64,000 bases of DNA from Peribolospora baueri (GCA_029717555.1 JAMDHS010000049.1:62001-126000), one strand, 5' to 3'. Positions 49,601-62,600 are shown, counted from the stretch's first letter. A program made the numbers and translations. Notes: a model not told the origin generated them from the letters alone.

Positions 49601-52582
49601 CGGGGGGATCGGATGGATGGATGGCCGAAAAGGAGGGTAAGCACACGTCACGACGACGGTCGAGGAAGAGCATCTCACCTTCCACTGCCCCTTGACATCG
49701 TACACATTCGCCTGTCCACCAAGCCTACCCTCAGTGCCAACTTCAAGGGAAACGCGAATAACCTCATCCGAAAGCGTCTTGAGTTGTCGAACCATGTTAT
49801 TGACCGTCATCTTCAAGTCCAACATCTCTCCTTTGACGTCGACGGTAATAAACTCTGTAAGTTCGCCCTCGGCCACACATTTTGTTACCCTTGCGATCTC
49901 TCGTACTTGAGAGGTCAGATTGTCGGCCATCTTGTTCACCTATTGGAGCAGTTAAAAAAAAGGGAGTCAGCCATGTCCCCGTGACGAAAACGACGGGCAG
50001 CTTGGGGGGCAAATCACATTCTCCGTCAAGTCTTTCCAAGTGCCTTCGACGTTCGGTACGTGAGCCTGTCCGCCCAGTTTTCCGTATGTTCCGACTTCCA
50101 TAGACATTCGAATGACCTGTTAAGAAGAAGAAAAAAAAAAGCCGGGTACTGACTGACGGTCAGCTGTACTGTACACAGCAGCGGTGGGCTTGTGATGGGA
50201 CGGGACGACGCACCTCGCTGGCAAAGATCCTGAGCTGACCGACCATCGAATTGACGGTTTCCTTGAGCGTCGCCATCTCACCCTCGACCTCAATGTCGAT
50301 GGTCCGCGTGAGGTCGCCCTTGGCGACGGCCGTCGTCACCATTCCGATCGAACGCACTTGGTCCGTCAGGTTCAGACACATCCGGTTCACCTGCGATGCG
50401 AGGGTGAAGGAGAGCGAAAGAAAAGCAAAAAGGAAATGAGCGGGATGAAGAGAAGGGAACACGACGACAGGCTCCGGCTCGGCTCACGTTAACCGTCAAT
50501 TCCTGCCAGACACCCTGCACGCCGGGCACGTGAGCCTGACCTCCAAGCTTTCCCTGACTTCCGACTTCCTTGGACACGCGAGAGACCTCGCTAGCAAAGA
50601 TACGTAGCTGTCCGACCATCGAGTTGACGGTGTCCTTGAGCGTCGCCATCTCGCCTTCGACTTCGATGTCGATCGTGCGCGTTAGGTCACCCTTGGCCAC
50701 GGCTGTGGTGACCATGCCGATCGAGCGCACTTGGTCGGTTAGGTTGAGACACATTCGGTTCACCTGCGAGGGTGAGGAGAGCGAAAGAAAAGAAAATCAA
50801 AATGAGCGGGATGAAAGGAAGGGAACACGACGACAGCGCTCCGCTCACGTTGACCGTCAATTCCTGCCAGACACCTTGCACGCCGGGGACATGTGCCTGT
50901 CCTCCAAGGTTTCCCTGACTTCCGACCTCCTTGGAGACGCGAGAGACTTCGTTGGCAAAGTGACGGAGCTGGTCGACCATGACGTTGATGGTAACCTTGA
51001 GGTCTAGTATCTCACCGTCGGCCTCGACGTCGATCTTTTTCGACAAGTCTCCTCTGGCGACGGCTTTGGTGACGAGGGCGACGCCGCGGACCTGGTTGGT
51101 GAGGTTGGCGGCAAGACGGTTGACGACGTTCTTCAGCTCCTCCCACCGGCCTTCCATGCCCTCCACCTCGATCTGGCCGCCCAGCTTGCCCTGGGTGCCG
51201 ACCTCGAGGGAGACACGAGTGACCTCTGCGGCGAACGTGCCCAGGCGGTCGACCATCTGGTTGATGATGTCCTTGAGCTCGACCATGACATGGCCCTGCA
51301 CGGGCACGGTGATCTTTTGAGTGATGCGCTGGGAGAGATCACCAAAGGCGACAGCCTTGCAGACGCGCGCAATCTCCTGCACCTGCGCCTTGAGGAGGCG
51401 GAGCTCCTCGCTGGCGGAGAGGCCGCTCTCGTCAGAGTACTTTTCGCACGCCTCCACGGCCAGTTCCGGTCCGATTTGGCCGTTGCCGGCGGAGAGGAGG
51501 ACGGGCCCCTCGGTGCTCATGCCGAGCGGATAGGAGAGCGGGTACTGGGAGGACTGCGGGTGAGCGTCGGAGACCGGGTAGGGCGGGAGGCCGCCAAACT
51601 CCCTTCGCCTCTTGGTGGCGGAGGAGGAGGCGGAGGAGAAGGAGCCGTGGCTCGAGCCGGGGCTAGTGCCGCGGTGGTCATGAGTGTGGGCCGCCTCGAG
51701 GGTCGCCGCGCGGTCCTCTGCCTTCCAGAGACGCTTGACGAGCCGGTTGAGGGCGTCTTCGACGACGTCCATGCGCGGGTCATAGTCGAGCCCGTGATAG
51801 TAGGGCAAGGGAAGAGCGAGTGGCGAGGAAGCGTGCCCGGGGACGGTGGCGGCGTCGTCGACGCCGTTGGGTCGCTTGACGTGGTCATGCGAGTCGGCGG
51901 CCGTGGCGGCCTGACGGTCGTCGGTGATCGTCTCCGTTTTGGCCGTCGCGGCCTCCTCTGTCGGCGGCGGGGCGTCTGGATCGGGGACGTCGGTGTCGAG
52001 CACCTTGGTGCCTTGCTCATCCTCGTCGAGCATCTTGGTGCCCTGCTCATCCTCGTCCTGTATGTCGACGCGAATGAGGCCGGCGCGGATACCGGCCTCT
52101 TCGGAGTATTTGTCGTGCTCGCGCTCGAACGAGGTGCCTGCGGAAGTGGGCGGGTCTGAATCCGGGGTCAACAAGGGCGTTGGGGGCAGGGAAGGTGGAC
52201 GCACACGATCGGCGTCTGGGTGCGGTGGATTTGATTGACGTCGGCCGCCGCCGCCGCGGCCGACGACGACGCTGGCGGGGGTGATGGGGAGAGAAGACTC
52301 GCCTTTGCCAAGTGGCGGGCGCTCGACGGGCATGGACGGAGGGGGCCCATGGTGGTAAGTTTGGGAGGAGGAGGAGGACTTGCGGAAGGCGGAGGAGGAG
52401 AAGGGGGAAGGGGAGAAGCGGGAGTCGGGGGAAGATGCCTCGACGGCGAGGAGGAGGGAGGCGAGGTGGTCGAGGAAGTCGGCGGGGAGGGGGTTGGGCA
52501 AGGGTGCGGTGGTGGCGCGGGGGGCGTACGGGGAGGAGAGGTGGGTCCTCGACGGCCCGGCGGTGGCGACGTCGGCGGCCAT
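46694..52582 (-). CDS. NIK1: Group III hybrid histidine kinase (Nik1/Os-1 type): 7 full ~92-aa HAMP repeats plus a terminal half repeat, HisKA, HATPase, degenerate receiver, receiver
   Basis: Repeats [21 protein letters not shown]-box [51 protein letters not shown]; receiver [26 protein letters not shown]. Confidence 0.94.
50213..50946 (-). repeat. Intragenic tandem duplication of one HAMP repeat plus intron (2 units of about 360-373 bp)
   Basis: Two near-identical 92-codon units and two homologous introns (50391-50487 and 50764-50848). Confidence 0.92.
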
Positions 52583-54202
52583 TGGGGGCGGGGGATGAGG
52601 GGGGAGAAGTGGAGGCCTTAGGATGAGAGATGGCGTCGATGGCGATGAACAGGACAGGTCTACTTGGTGAGTGAGGGGGGAGAGATATCTACGGCGGGGC
52701 CGGGGCGAGGGCGGAGCGAGCCGGCGGGTGGTCTAGAGACGGAATGCCGGTTCGGGAGGAAGGAGGCAAAGGGGATGATGGTAGAGGAGGGCGGCGGCGG
52801 GGAAGGGGGGTAGGTGATGATGATGATGATAAGGTGGTGGTGGTGGTAGCGGTGATGGAGATGGTGTGGTAGTGGTGGTAGTGGTGGTGGTGACGATGAT
52901 GGAGATGGTGATGGTGATGGCCGCCGTCGTCGTCGTCACCGCACAGACGGACGGAGGTGGCGGGGCGAGGAGAAAGGCGGATGGAGAAGGGGGCCGTGCA
53001 AGGTGAAGGTGAGAGAGAGGGAGAGAAAGAGGAGAGAGCGACGGCAGTGGATAAAATGCCGGTGCCGAGTTGGGCCGAGCTTGGCGTCGGGGTATAGACG
53101 CGCCGCGCAGGCAACAGGCAGCAAGAAGGCACTCCCTCCCTCCGTCCGTCCGTCCGTCCGTCCGTCGTATGCGCTCCAGAGAGGGGAAGGGGAAGGAGAA
53201 GGGAGGCGAGAGGAGGAGAAGGAGAAGGAGGTCGAGAGAGGGGATAAAGGTTGGGATGGGATGGAGGAAGGGAGAGAGAGAGAAAGCGAGTACGAGGCGA
53301 GAGGGGCGAGGGAGAAAGAGGGAAGAAATCGCGCGGGGGAAAGCGGGAAAGCAAAAGCGACGGGCGAGGATAGGCTAGGCGAGGAGACCAGACAAGACTA
53401 GGAGACGAAACAAGAGGGGGCCGATAATCCTAGACAAGAGGCGTCGAATCGTTGGACCAGCAGCGAGGCATCGAATTGAACCGGAGCGGACGGGGATGAG
53501 AATGGACTAGAGAAGGGGGACCAGAAACGGCGGATCGCAAATAGCCCACGCCGGAGCGAGGGAGCGCAAGAAAGAAAGAGGATATGGATATGGATATCAT
53601 ACGAACAAGAAAGAAAGAGGCAAGACATAGACATGGATACGATATGGATTCGGATACGAGCCCGAGCCCAACGCATCGGCGCGACCGGCCAAGGCGAGGC
53701 CGAGCGAGACACAGAAAGACTACAGACTGAGAGAGACAGACTCTTTCACCTCCCTCTCCATCGTCGCCCCCCTCCAAACCGCCCACTCGGTCTGCAAGCC
53801 AGAGCAGATTCCATCAGCATCCTCCTCGCCAGCCTAGCTAGCGTCTCGCTAACGCAGCCAGCCGTGCGGTAGTTACTCTAGTTAGTCGGCGCACTCTGCT
53901 CGCATCCCACAGATGACGTCGTCGTCGTCGTCGTCCTTCCTCCTCGCCCCATCTCATTCGCACTCCACCCTTTTCATCCTACCCACCCACCCTCCCTCCC
54001 ATGGCCGCCGGCCTCCACATCGTTGCTGCGCTGCGGCAGGCGCCCGTCCATGCTCGCCGCAGTAGACATAGACAGACAGACAGATAGACAGACCAGACCT
54101 CTGACCGTCCGTGGCCTTGGCCTACTTCATGCCCGTGCACGTCCTTTCCTTAGCCGTCCGCCGATCTCGCACAGCCATATATGGACAGACAGACAGACAG
54201 AG

Positions 54203-54290
54203 CAGGCGCAGGCGCAGGCGCAGGCGCAGGCGCAGGCGCAGGCGACACAGACACAGACACAGACACAGACACAGACACAGACACAGACCC
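54203..54290. repeat. Compound microsatellite (CAGGCG)7(ACACAG)7 in the kinase/NOT4 intergenic region
   Basis: Seen directly in the sequence. Confidence 0.92.
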
Positions 54291-55134
54291 AGACCGGAAA
54301 AGACGAGAGGAGATGAAAGAAACGAGACAGACTAGCAAAGAAGCATCGAAGCCAAGGAAGCAACGAAAGCAAGGAATCGACGCACCTCTCCTCAAGTCGT
54401 CGCCTCTCCATCCTGAGTCTTGTCATCGTTATCATGTCCTGTCCTCTTCTCTCCTCTCTTTTCTTCCTCTCCTATCCTCTCTCCTCCTCTCTTCTCCTGT
54501 CCGCCCGCCCGCCCGGCGCTTCTTGCACCGACGCCTCCTCTTCCATCTCCCGCACTCGAACGTGTAAATACCCTTCCTCCCACAGACTCGCCCCCAATCG
54601 AATCCACTCGATGGCCAGCCCACACCGCTCACGATCGCCCGACGTAAGCGTCGATCTCCAACGCTCGACGTAAGCGTCCATCCCCGACGCGTCCCTCCTG
54701 TACTCGTCGTCGTTCATTTCGACCGAGTTAGGGTTACTCCTCCTCCGGTCCCTCTCGCTCTCGCTCAACCAACCATCCATCCCTTCATCGTCCTCCAAAC
54801 CCCCATCCTTCCCTTCTCCCCTTCTTCAACACCCCTTTCCTCTTTGTTCTCCCCACTCCACTCGGTCCAAACACACCTAGCTACCATCTCTGCGGCCCTT
54901 CCTTGGCCTTCATCCCATCCGGCCCATACGCCGACCAGCCTCCCATCGGCCGTCCGCCACCGTCCGCTGGCCCCCGTCCCAACACCCAACTCGGCTCACC
55001 ACTCCCACCACCGACACCGATCTCGTTCGTCCCTTCTACCTCACCGCCTCCCTGCCATCGCTTCCTCTTTCTCCTCTTCCCCCAAGCCCCGATTACTCCC
55101 AACCCTCCTGCTCAACCACCCACGCAGCCAAGCC

Positions 55135-58100
55135 ATGCCAAAGCACTCCGCCGCCGCACACCCTCTTTCCACCTCCAACTTTCCCTCCCTCGGCGCCGTC
55201 GGCTCCTCTTCCTCTTCCTCCTCCTCCGCCCCCACCGCCACCGCCACCGCCGCCGCCGCCGCCGCTATGGGCTCGCATGCCAACGGCACCGGCGCAGGCG
55301 CGGGGGGTACACCGGCCGCCAACGGCTTGCCCCCTCCGCCCGCCAAGTGGGACGTGTCGCAGGCGCAGATGGCCGGCTTGCAGGATGCTTACTGGTCCGA
55401 CGAAGAGGTGAGTTCAATGGCGATCGATCAGAACTGTTTTTTTTCTTCGTCTTTCTTTCCTTTGTTTCGGATCGACCATTCGTTGGGGGGCCGCTTTCCT
55501 TCCCCCTCTTCCCCCTCGGTGGCGCAGCAAACCCTGGCCGCAGGGGCGCATCTGCCGGAGAGCCGATCGGCGACCCGACCAGAGCTCGTGTCGAGGTCTC
55601 CGCGGGCGATGGATGATGGCCTCGACGTGGGAGACGGAGAGTTCGACCAACCGCTGACGAAGCTTTCTTTATCTTGCGCTCTCACTCAGGAGGACAACGA
55701 ATGCCCGCTATGCTTGGAAGAGATGGACATCTCGGACACCAACTTTAAACCGTGCCCTTGTGGATACCAGGTGCGTCCAGCTTTTTTTCCTCCTTCTTTT
55801 TATCCCTTCATCGCCCTGACCCGTACCTCCGGTTTCAACGTCCCCCAAGATATGTCGTTTCTGCTGGCATCACATCAAAGAGAACCTCAACGGTCGCTGT
55901 CCAGCCTGCCGACGCCTCTATTCCGACCAGGCCATCGAGTTCAAGCCCATGACTGCCGACGAGTGAGCACATCTCGTTCTGTTTCGACTCGGTGCCCTGG
56001 CCGCCGATCATTTACACTCTCTCCTCCCGCCACTCAGGATCAAGAAGCTGACGCAAGCGAAAAAGCAGAAGGAACGCGAGAAGAAGGAGCTCGAAGCGAT
56101 GAATCGGAAGCACTTGGCCGAAGTGCGGATCGTGCAGAAGAACCTGGTGTACGTCGTCGGCCTCAGTCCCAAGCTCACCAAGGAGGAGCATCTCCCTGCG
56201 CTTCGGAGCAACGAATATTTTGGGCAGTACGGCCGGATCGCCAAGATTGTGATCAACAAGCGATCTGCGCCGTCGACGTTGATGATGGGCACGTCAGAAA
56301 GCCAAGTGGGCGTCTACATCACCTATCACCGAAAGGAGGACGCGGCGCGGGCGATCGTCGCCATCGACGGCAGCAGCTACGACGGCAAAGTCATCCGAGC
56401 CAGTTACGGTACGACAAAGTACTGTACAAACTATCTTCGAAATCAGCCTTGCACGAACGCCAACTGCATGTACTTGCATGAACCTGGTGAGGACGGCGAT
56501 ACGTTTACCAAGGAAGACTTGGCTACGCTGTGAGTTTCTCTTTCCTTTTCGTCCGTCGCCTCGCCTCTCCCGTCATTCTGGCCTCCGCCGGCTGATCGCG
56601 TGTCCCGGCTGGCTTGACAGGAAACACGCCATGAAGGACACGGAGCACAAGTTCAAGCCTGCGCCTTCAGCCGCTTCCGTTAAGAAGCTCCACGAGGACG
56701 CGGCCGAGGCGTCTGCACTGCCGAAAACGGCATCATGGGCATCAACAAACAAGCCAGCCAGCCAGCCCACGACTCCGATCTATCCCAACGGGCCAGGCCT
56801 CCCCAATTTGTCCGGCGCCCGCGCCCCCCGAGCGCCGGTCGGAAAAGCCGTGCAGGCCCATCAGCAGCAGCTCAGTGCGAAGCAGATGCACCAGCAGCAC
56901 TTCCCTCCGCCAACCACTTCCGGGCCCCTACCACCCGCCGCCGCCGCCGCCGCCAAGTCCAAGGCCGCACCTCTGCAGATGGGACGGAAACGATCGACGT
57001 CCGTCGCCATGGCTTCACCGGTCAAGTCTTCCTCGTCTGCCGTCGCGCAGCAGAAGGGCCGTACAGCTTCTGGTCCAGCACCGAACGAACCAGCGCTGTC
57101 TTCTTCGACCCCGGCTCCTTCCTCTACGTCCGCTGCTGCTCCCGCCTCGACGACGCCCACCAAGGCTTCTGGCGCCGGCGCCGCTCCCCCAGGTCTCTCG
57201 GGTTCGAAACAGGCGCTGACAGCCAATCCATCTTCGTCGTCGTCCGTCTCCGCTCGCGCGCCTTCACCGTCAGCGGAGCAAGAAACCGCTGCTGCCCCGG
57301 CTGCAGAGTGTGCGCCTCCCACATCACCGTCCAAGTCGACATACCAGGTGTCTTCACAGGCACAAGCTCTGCTGGATGATCTCAAGGCGCGCCGCGAGGC
57401 GGAGCCGGATCTTCCGAATCCGAGCCCCTTCCCGGACTTTGATCACACCTTAGCTTGTTTCCAGAACGGCGGCGATTTCAGCTTCACCCTCAACATTCCC
57501 ACTTCTTCGTCGTCGTCCGGCTTGAAAGGGGGGAATGGCGGTCAGGACAACGCTTTGGATGGGTCAGAACCGTCGACGGCGACGACGACAACAACAACGA
57601 CGACGGCAGCAGGCCCAGGCAACATTCACAACAACCCGCCGCCAGGGATCATCGCAGCGGGCGCCGCGTTCTCAACGTTGGGAGGAACGCCGCCGCCGGG
57701 CTTTGCGGCGTTGCGCGCCGTCGGTTCACGAAGCGCGTCTCCGTCGCCGTTCTCCTACTCGTACTCTGGTTCCTTTGACCCGTTCTCGGAATCGGCGGGC
57801 ACGTCGATCAACTCGCCCTTCTCGTCGATCGACGAGATGCAACGCACCTTGACCTTGGACGCACGGCGTACCGGAGGCGACGAGGCCACAGAGCCTCCCG
57901 ACGCCGACGGCCCGAGCATGGGCGGCAGAAAGTCATCGAGGTTTGACTTTGCGAGGAGGAAGAGCTCCAGCTCGTCTGCACAGGCTTCTGGCACTTTGTT
58001 TGCCTCGAGCTTGACCGGCCTCACCAGCATGGCGGCGGCCAACTCTCCACACTCGTCCATCCAGCACGTCTTGTACGGCTCTTCGTCGTCGCCCGACTTG

Positions 58101-59191
58101 TACACCACCGGTCCGCTCCAGAGGCAAAAGTCTCTCGCCGATCTCTACGGCGAGGCGGCCTCGGCGGCGGGTGGCGGCGAGCCTCTGTCTGTGACCAAGG
58201 ACATGCGCGACGCTTTGGGCATCGGCGGTGGTGGTGGCGGAGACCAGACTGGACTAGGCTGGAATGTAGGCGGTGGCGGCGGCCGGGACGGCATGATGAT
58301 GGCCAACAACAACGGCGGGAGGCAGTCTCCCTACGCCGGCTTGCCGCCCAACCTCGGCCGTCAGCTCATGGGCGGCGGCGCCGGTGGTGGCGGTAGTCAG
58401 CTACCGCCTGGCATTCCTCCTTCCATCTTCCGCGGCGCCAGCAGCACTCCCCCTCCGCCTGGTATCGTTCCCCGCACGCAGCAGACCCAGACCCAGTCCC
58501 AGTCCCAGTACGGAGAGCAGCAGCAGCAGCAGCGGCACAGTGGCGCTATTGGTGGTGGCACCCCGGCTTGGCTCGCCGAGCTTCAGCTCCAGCAGCAGCA
58601 ACAGCAACAGGTACAACAGCAGCACCTGCGAATGGGCAGCGGCGCGTATGGCGGCGATAGCGGACACGTCCGCACCGGCTCCGGCATGATTGGCGGCAGT
58701 GTGAACGGCGGCGGTGGCTTGGGCAGGTCGAGCGATCCACTACTCGGGCAGATTCTTGGCATGGCCGTCGCTAACGGCTCCACCGCGGCGGCGGGCGCCC
58801 AAGGCTATGGTGCCGGTTACGGCGCCGGCGCTGGCGGCGCAGCGGCCAGGCAGAGTGGTGAGCATAGCGTCGTCAGAACTTGGGACGGAGGCGGGGGCGG
58901 GAGCTCCACTAGTTGGTCAAATGACTCACTCGTTCCTCCCATTTCGCTCTTCCCTCAGACCTCCCGTTCTTCGACCCAGCCATCATGTCCGTCTCCCGTC
59001 CATCCTCCATCACCGCCAACGCCTCGGCCGCCAACTTCCCCGGCTTCTCCTCCCACGTCGCCGTCCGCTCCTACCAGCAAGCAGCCGAGCCTTATCCTTC
59101 CGCCAACGATCAGAACGCCGCCGCCGCCGGCCTCGGCACATACTCTGGCCAGGGCATCAACGGACCCAGTTTGTATTCTAGCGTGGCCTGA
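55135..59191 (+). CDS. NOT4: CCR4-NOT E3 ubiquitin ligase. Introns about 55408-55689, 55771-55849, 55963-56038, 56530-56620, 58858-58959
   Basis: C4C4 RING CPLCLEEMD..FKPCPCGYQICRFCWHHIKENLNGRCPACRR; RRM VRIVQKNLVYVVGL..YFGQYGRI; ASYGTTKYC..C..CMYLHE zinc finger; low-complexity tail with SRFDFAR. Confidence 0.96.
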
Positions 59192-59662
59192 TTTGACCTC
59201 ATCATCCCTCCTTCGGTCAACTTCTCTGTCTCCCCTCTCTTCCCTCCCCTCCCTTCCTCCATCTCACACTCTGATTGTCGGACGGCCGGGCCCCTTTCTT
59301 TCGTTTTGCGGCCCAATATGGCAATTCCCATCTCAACCATTCTTCACCAGACCTGCCTTGCCTGCCTAAACCGTTCCCTTTCGCGTGACTTCACGTCAGA
59401 ACCACGGGGGGTTCCGTCTCCTAAGCGGCGAATGAGTAAAAGATGACGACGACGGCGGCGGCGGCGGGCGGCGTGTGCGATGCAATATTTTTTTTTTTTT
59501 TGCCAAGTTCAGTTCGAGCCACACGCACTCGTCGTGTCCATCCATCTATCGTACACGGACTCGACTCCCGCGCTATCCATCCTAGCCACCGCTCCTCCAT
59601 CGTCCCTTTCTTCCCCTACCTACCTACCTACCTACACCTCCGCTCGCTCGCTTACTGGCTCG

Positions 59663-62600
59663 TCATGGCCCCTCTTCCCAAAGCGTGCTGGCAAACATCC
59701 TGACGAGCATGTTCCCATCCCTCTTCCAATCCCTCACCATCCCCACCTCTCTCGCCGCTATCCGCACCTCCCATTGCGTCTCGAACCGGCGGTACAGCTC
59801 CGCGGCGATCTGGTGTCGTAGAACACGCGCGGCCTCACGTACGCCGTAAGCGTCCGCGTCCGCGTCCTTCGGAGAAGGAGCGGCGAACCCGAGCGCCTCG
59901 TCGAGAGCTTCGTCCGGGTCGTACCGCTCCGGGGAGCAGAGTCGTCGGAGGATGGGGACGAGGTCGTCTGTGTAGAAACGCGCGCGCCCCAACTTGTCGG
60001 GCAAGACAGCGAGGAGAAAGGGTTGGACTGGCGCCGGTAGACGAACCATAGAGTCCACGAGCGAGCCGAGCTTCTTCGCGATGGGGCCATGGCGAGAGTC
60101 AGAGTCTCGGATCGCGCCGCCTGGGAGGTGCACCGGCCAGGGAAGGAGGAAGACCTGTGCGGCGAAGAGGAAGGACAAGTCAGACGGCAGGGCACCGCAA
60201 ACCGCCAGGCCTGTTTAAACGGGACTCGGCCGCGGGCGGCGGCGACTCACCTTGATGCGCAACAGCGCGTCCAAATACAACAGCCGGCCATTCGCCACGT
60301 CGACCTGGTCTTTGGCCGTCGCGCGCATGGAGCGCGTAAGAGCACCTTCAAAGTCTTTTAGCAACGGCACGACACGCTCTATCCACACCTTCGATCCCAA
60401 GTTGCCAGCCGCCGCACCCGCCCACTTCGTTCCGGTCCGGGACGTCTGGAGGAGGCCATGGTCGAGGATCTGATCGAAGAAGAAGAGGTACCGGAGCTTG
60501 TAGGGTGCGTCGGAAGCAAAGAAGAGGTACTCTGGCCCCAGCGCGCGCAGTCCCAGGCGGCGGATGGAGTCCTGAAGGGCTCGCACAGTCAGAGGCGCAT
60601 GTCTCATCCAGCTCGGCAGGGCAGCGTCATTGGAGTCCGAGGCCGCCGTGTCGGGGAGCTGGAAGGCTACAGGATGAGCGAAGCGCCCCTGACGGAACGC
60701 TGTACTGATCGTTGCGGTCGTTTCCGTGCCCTCCGAGGTAGAGAGATCGGAGTTGTAGTGGTAAGTGCTGAGGAAGGTCTCCCCCTCGCTCGTGGTACGC
60801 CAGCCTTCTTCCTCCCTGTCAAGGGAAGAAAGGAAAGGCTCCACTTTGACCGCCTCGAAAGGCTCGAGAACGCGACGCTCCAGGGTCGCCAGCAAGACGC
60901 TCCGCTCTGGAAGGAAGCGAGTCCAGTTTTGGAAAATTTTGCGTACCGTCTCCACGAGCCCATCCGGACAGGGAAAGCTGAACTCGCGCTCTTCTTCACT
61001 AGCGCCGTGACGGACGAGGAAGGTCTTGAGCCAGCGAGAGTGGGACTGAGTTTGGAGCTTTACCACAGGCTCGAGTACCCGGATGACGTACCGTCGTCCG
61101 ACGCCGAGCGACAAGCCTTCGGGATGCATTTGGAGGAGCGCGTCGGCGATCTGGTTCTGCAGATCCAGAGTCGGCATGCCTACCTCTCCTCGCTCCGCCT
61201 TGAGCCAGGTGCTCTCGCTCGGCTCGAAACCTCCGTTGCAGACGCCGGACAACCCGACAAATGATTCAAGCGATGTCCAAACGATCTCCGGGAGAAATTC
61301 TGCCGGGTGCGATGTGATGATCCGCTGAAGGCTTTCGATGGTCGCGACACGCACGCTGACGTGGGGAACTTCCTCATAGAGTCGGACAGTGAGCCGGACC
61401 ACCTCGTCAAGCGTCACGACGGGCCCCAGGCAGGGCAAAATCTGAACGAACGCCTTGAGTGTGGATACCTTGACAACCGGGTCGAGCTTCTCTCTCTCCT
61501 CATCCGTCTTCGCCGCTTTCCAAGCATCCGCTTGCAGACTCCACAAGGCCACGCAGTTGTCAATCCAGAGCTGCAGGGTGTCGCGCCCGACGGGAATGGG
61601 CAATCGTTTGAAGAGGCCTGGGTGAAAGACGTTCCGATGGAAGCTCGACAGAGCTGGAGATTTGAGGAGCTCCGTCACGAAAGAAATCGCCCAGGAAGCG
61701 TCGTCCTGCAAGGCGAGCGCCGACAGGAGCGGGATGTGATGCGCGCCCCGAGCAGCCATGACGGCCGAGTCCGATGCCGTTTCCCCCGGTTCACAGTAAG
61801 AGGAGAGGGTTTGGACGACGAGCGAGAACTCACGGGCAGGCAAAACATTCCTCCGCCCGGCGGTACGGATAAGCGCCAGAACCGTGGGGCGCGTTAGTAT
61901 GTTAAGGCTAACGCCAAAGTTGCCCGTGACACATACGCGCGAAGCGAAGGACAACTGGCGTCCTTGTTCCGCCAGACCCTTCGCAGCCTTCGACCAATCC
62001 CAGTTGCTCGCAGAAGGCGTCTTGGCGCGGTGACACTGAAGGGCGAAGCCAAGGAACAGCTCGACGAGATCTCGACTGGCGAAGCCGGCCCTGACGGTGA
62101 TGGCAAGACGCTTCAAGAGCACCGCATCTCTGTCGTCTTTCCGCGAAGGCCAGCCGTATGGCTTCGGGGGACAGCAAGAAAGGAGGTCGATCGAGCCGGA
62201 TCGGTCGAAGCTCTCACGCACTTCCGAAGGTGAAGGGAGGACTGAAGGGAGCAAGTCCTCGCCCAAGATGCGGATGTCAGAAATAAGGTCTGAGGTGTCC
62301 GCGCAGGAGAGGGAGTCGAGCAGCCACAGCCGATAATCCAATTTGTCATCGGAGACCACTGAAGGCCCGTAATGTTCCCACAATCGCTTGACCTTCGCCC
62401 GCCGCTCCCTCGGGCTCCGAACATCCTCGAGCCACCGGTTCAGGTCTGATTCGGCGCTGTCCTCCCACTGTTTTCGTTTTCCGAAAAGATATGACTGAAG
62501 AGCGTCCTTGGGTGGAAGGACGGCCGCCTCGAGGCGCTCGAATAGTACCGGCGAGATCTCGCGGAGCGACGGCTGCCCGCGGTTGGCGCGAAGCTTTCCT

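Noticed and set aside
52689..53354. His/Thr-run ORF upstream of the histidine kinase
   Set aside because: No ATG, out of frame with the kinase; translation of trinucleotide microsatellites in the leader.
54725..54738. TAACCCTAA on the minus strand (also 44317-44325) as a possible telomerase RNA template
   Set aside because: A 9-nt match alone is not diagnostic; I could not identify a pseudoknot or CR4/5, and both copies lie in promoter positions.
54844..55134. In-frame non-AUG extension upstream of NOT4
   Set aside because: C-rich leader is naturally poor in stop codons, and the ATG at 55135 is in good context.
3313..59665. Cryptic peroxisomal isoforms by stop-codon readthrough (TGA-CTA), as known in smut fungi
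   Set aside because: None of the inferred stop codons is followed by CTA.
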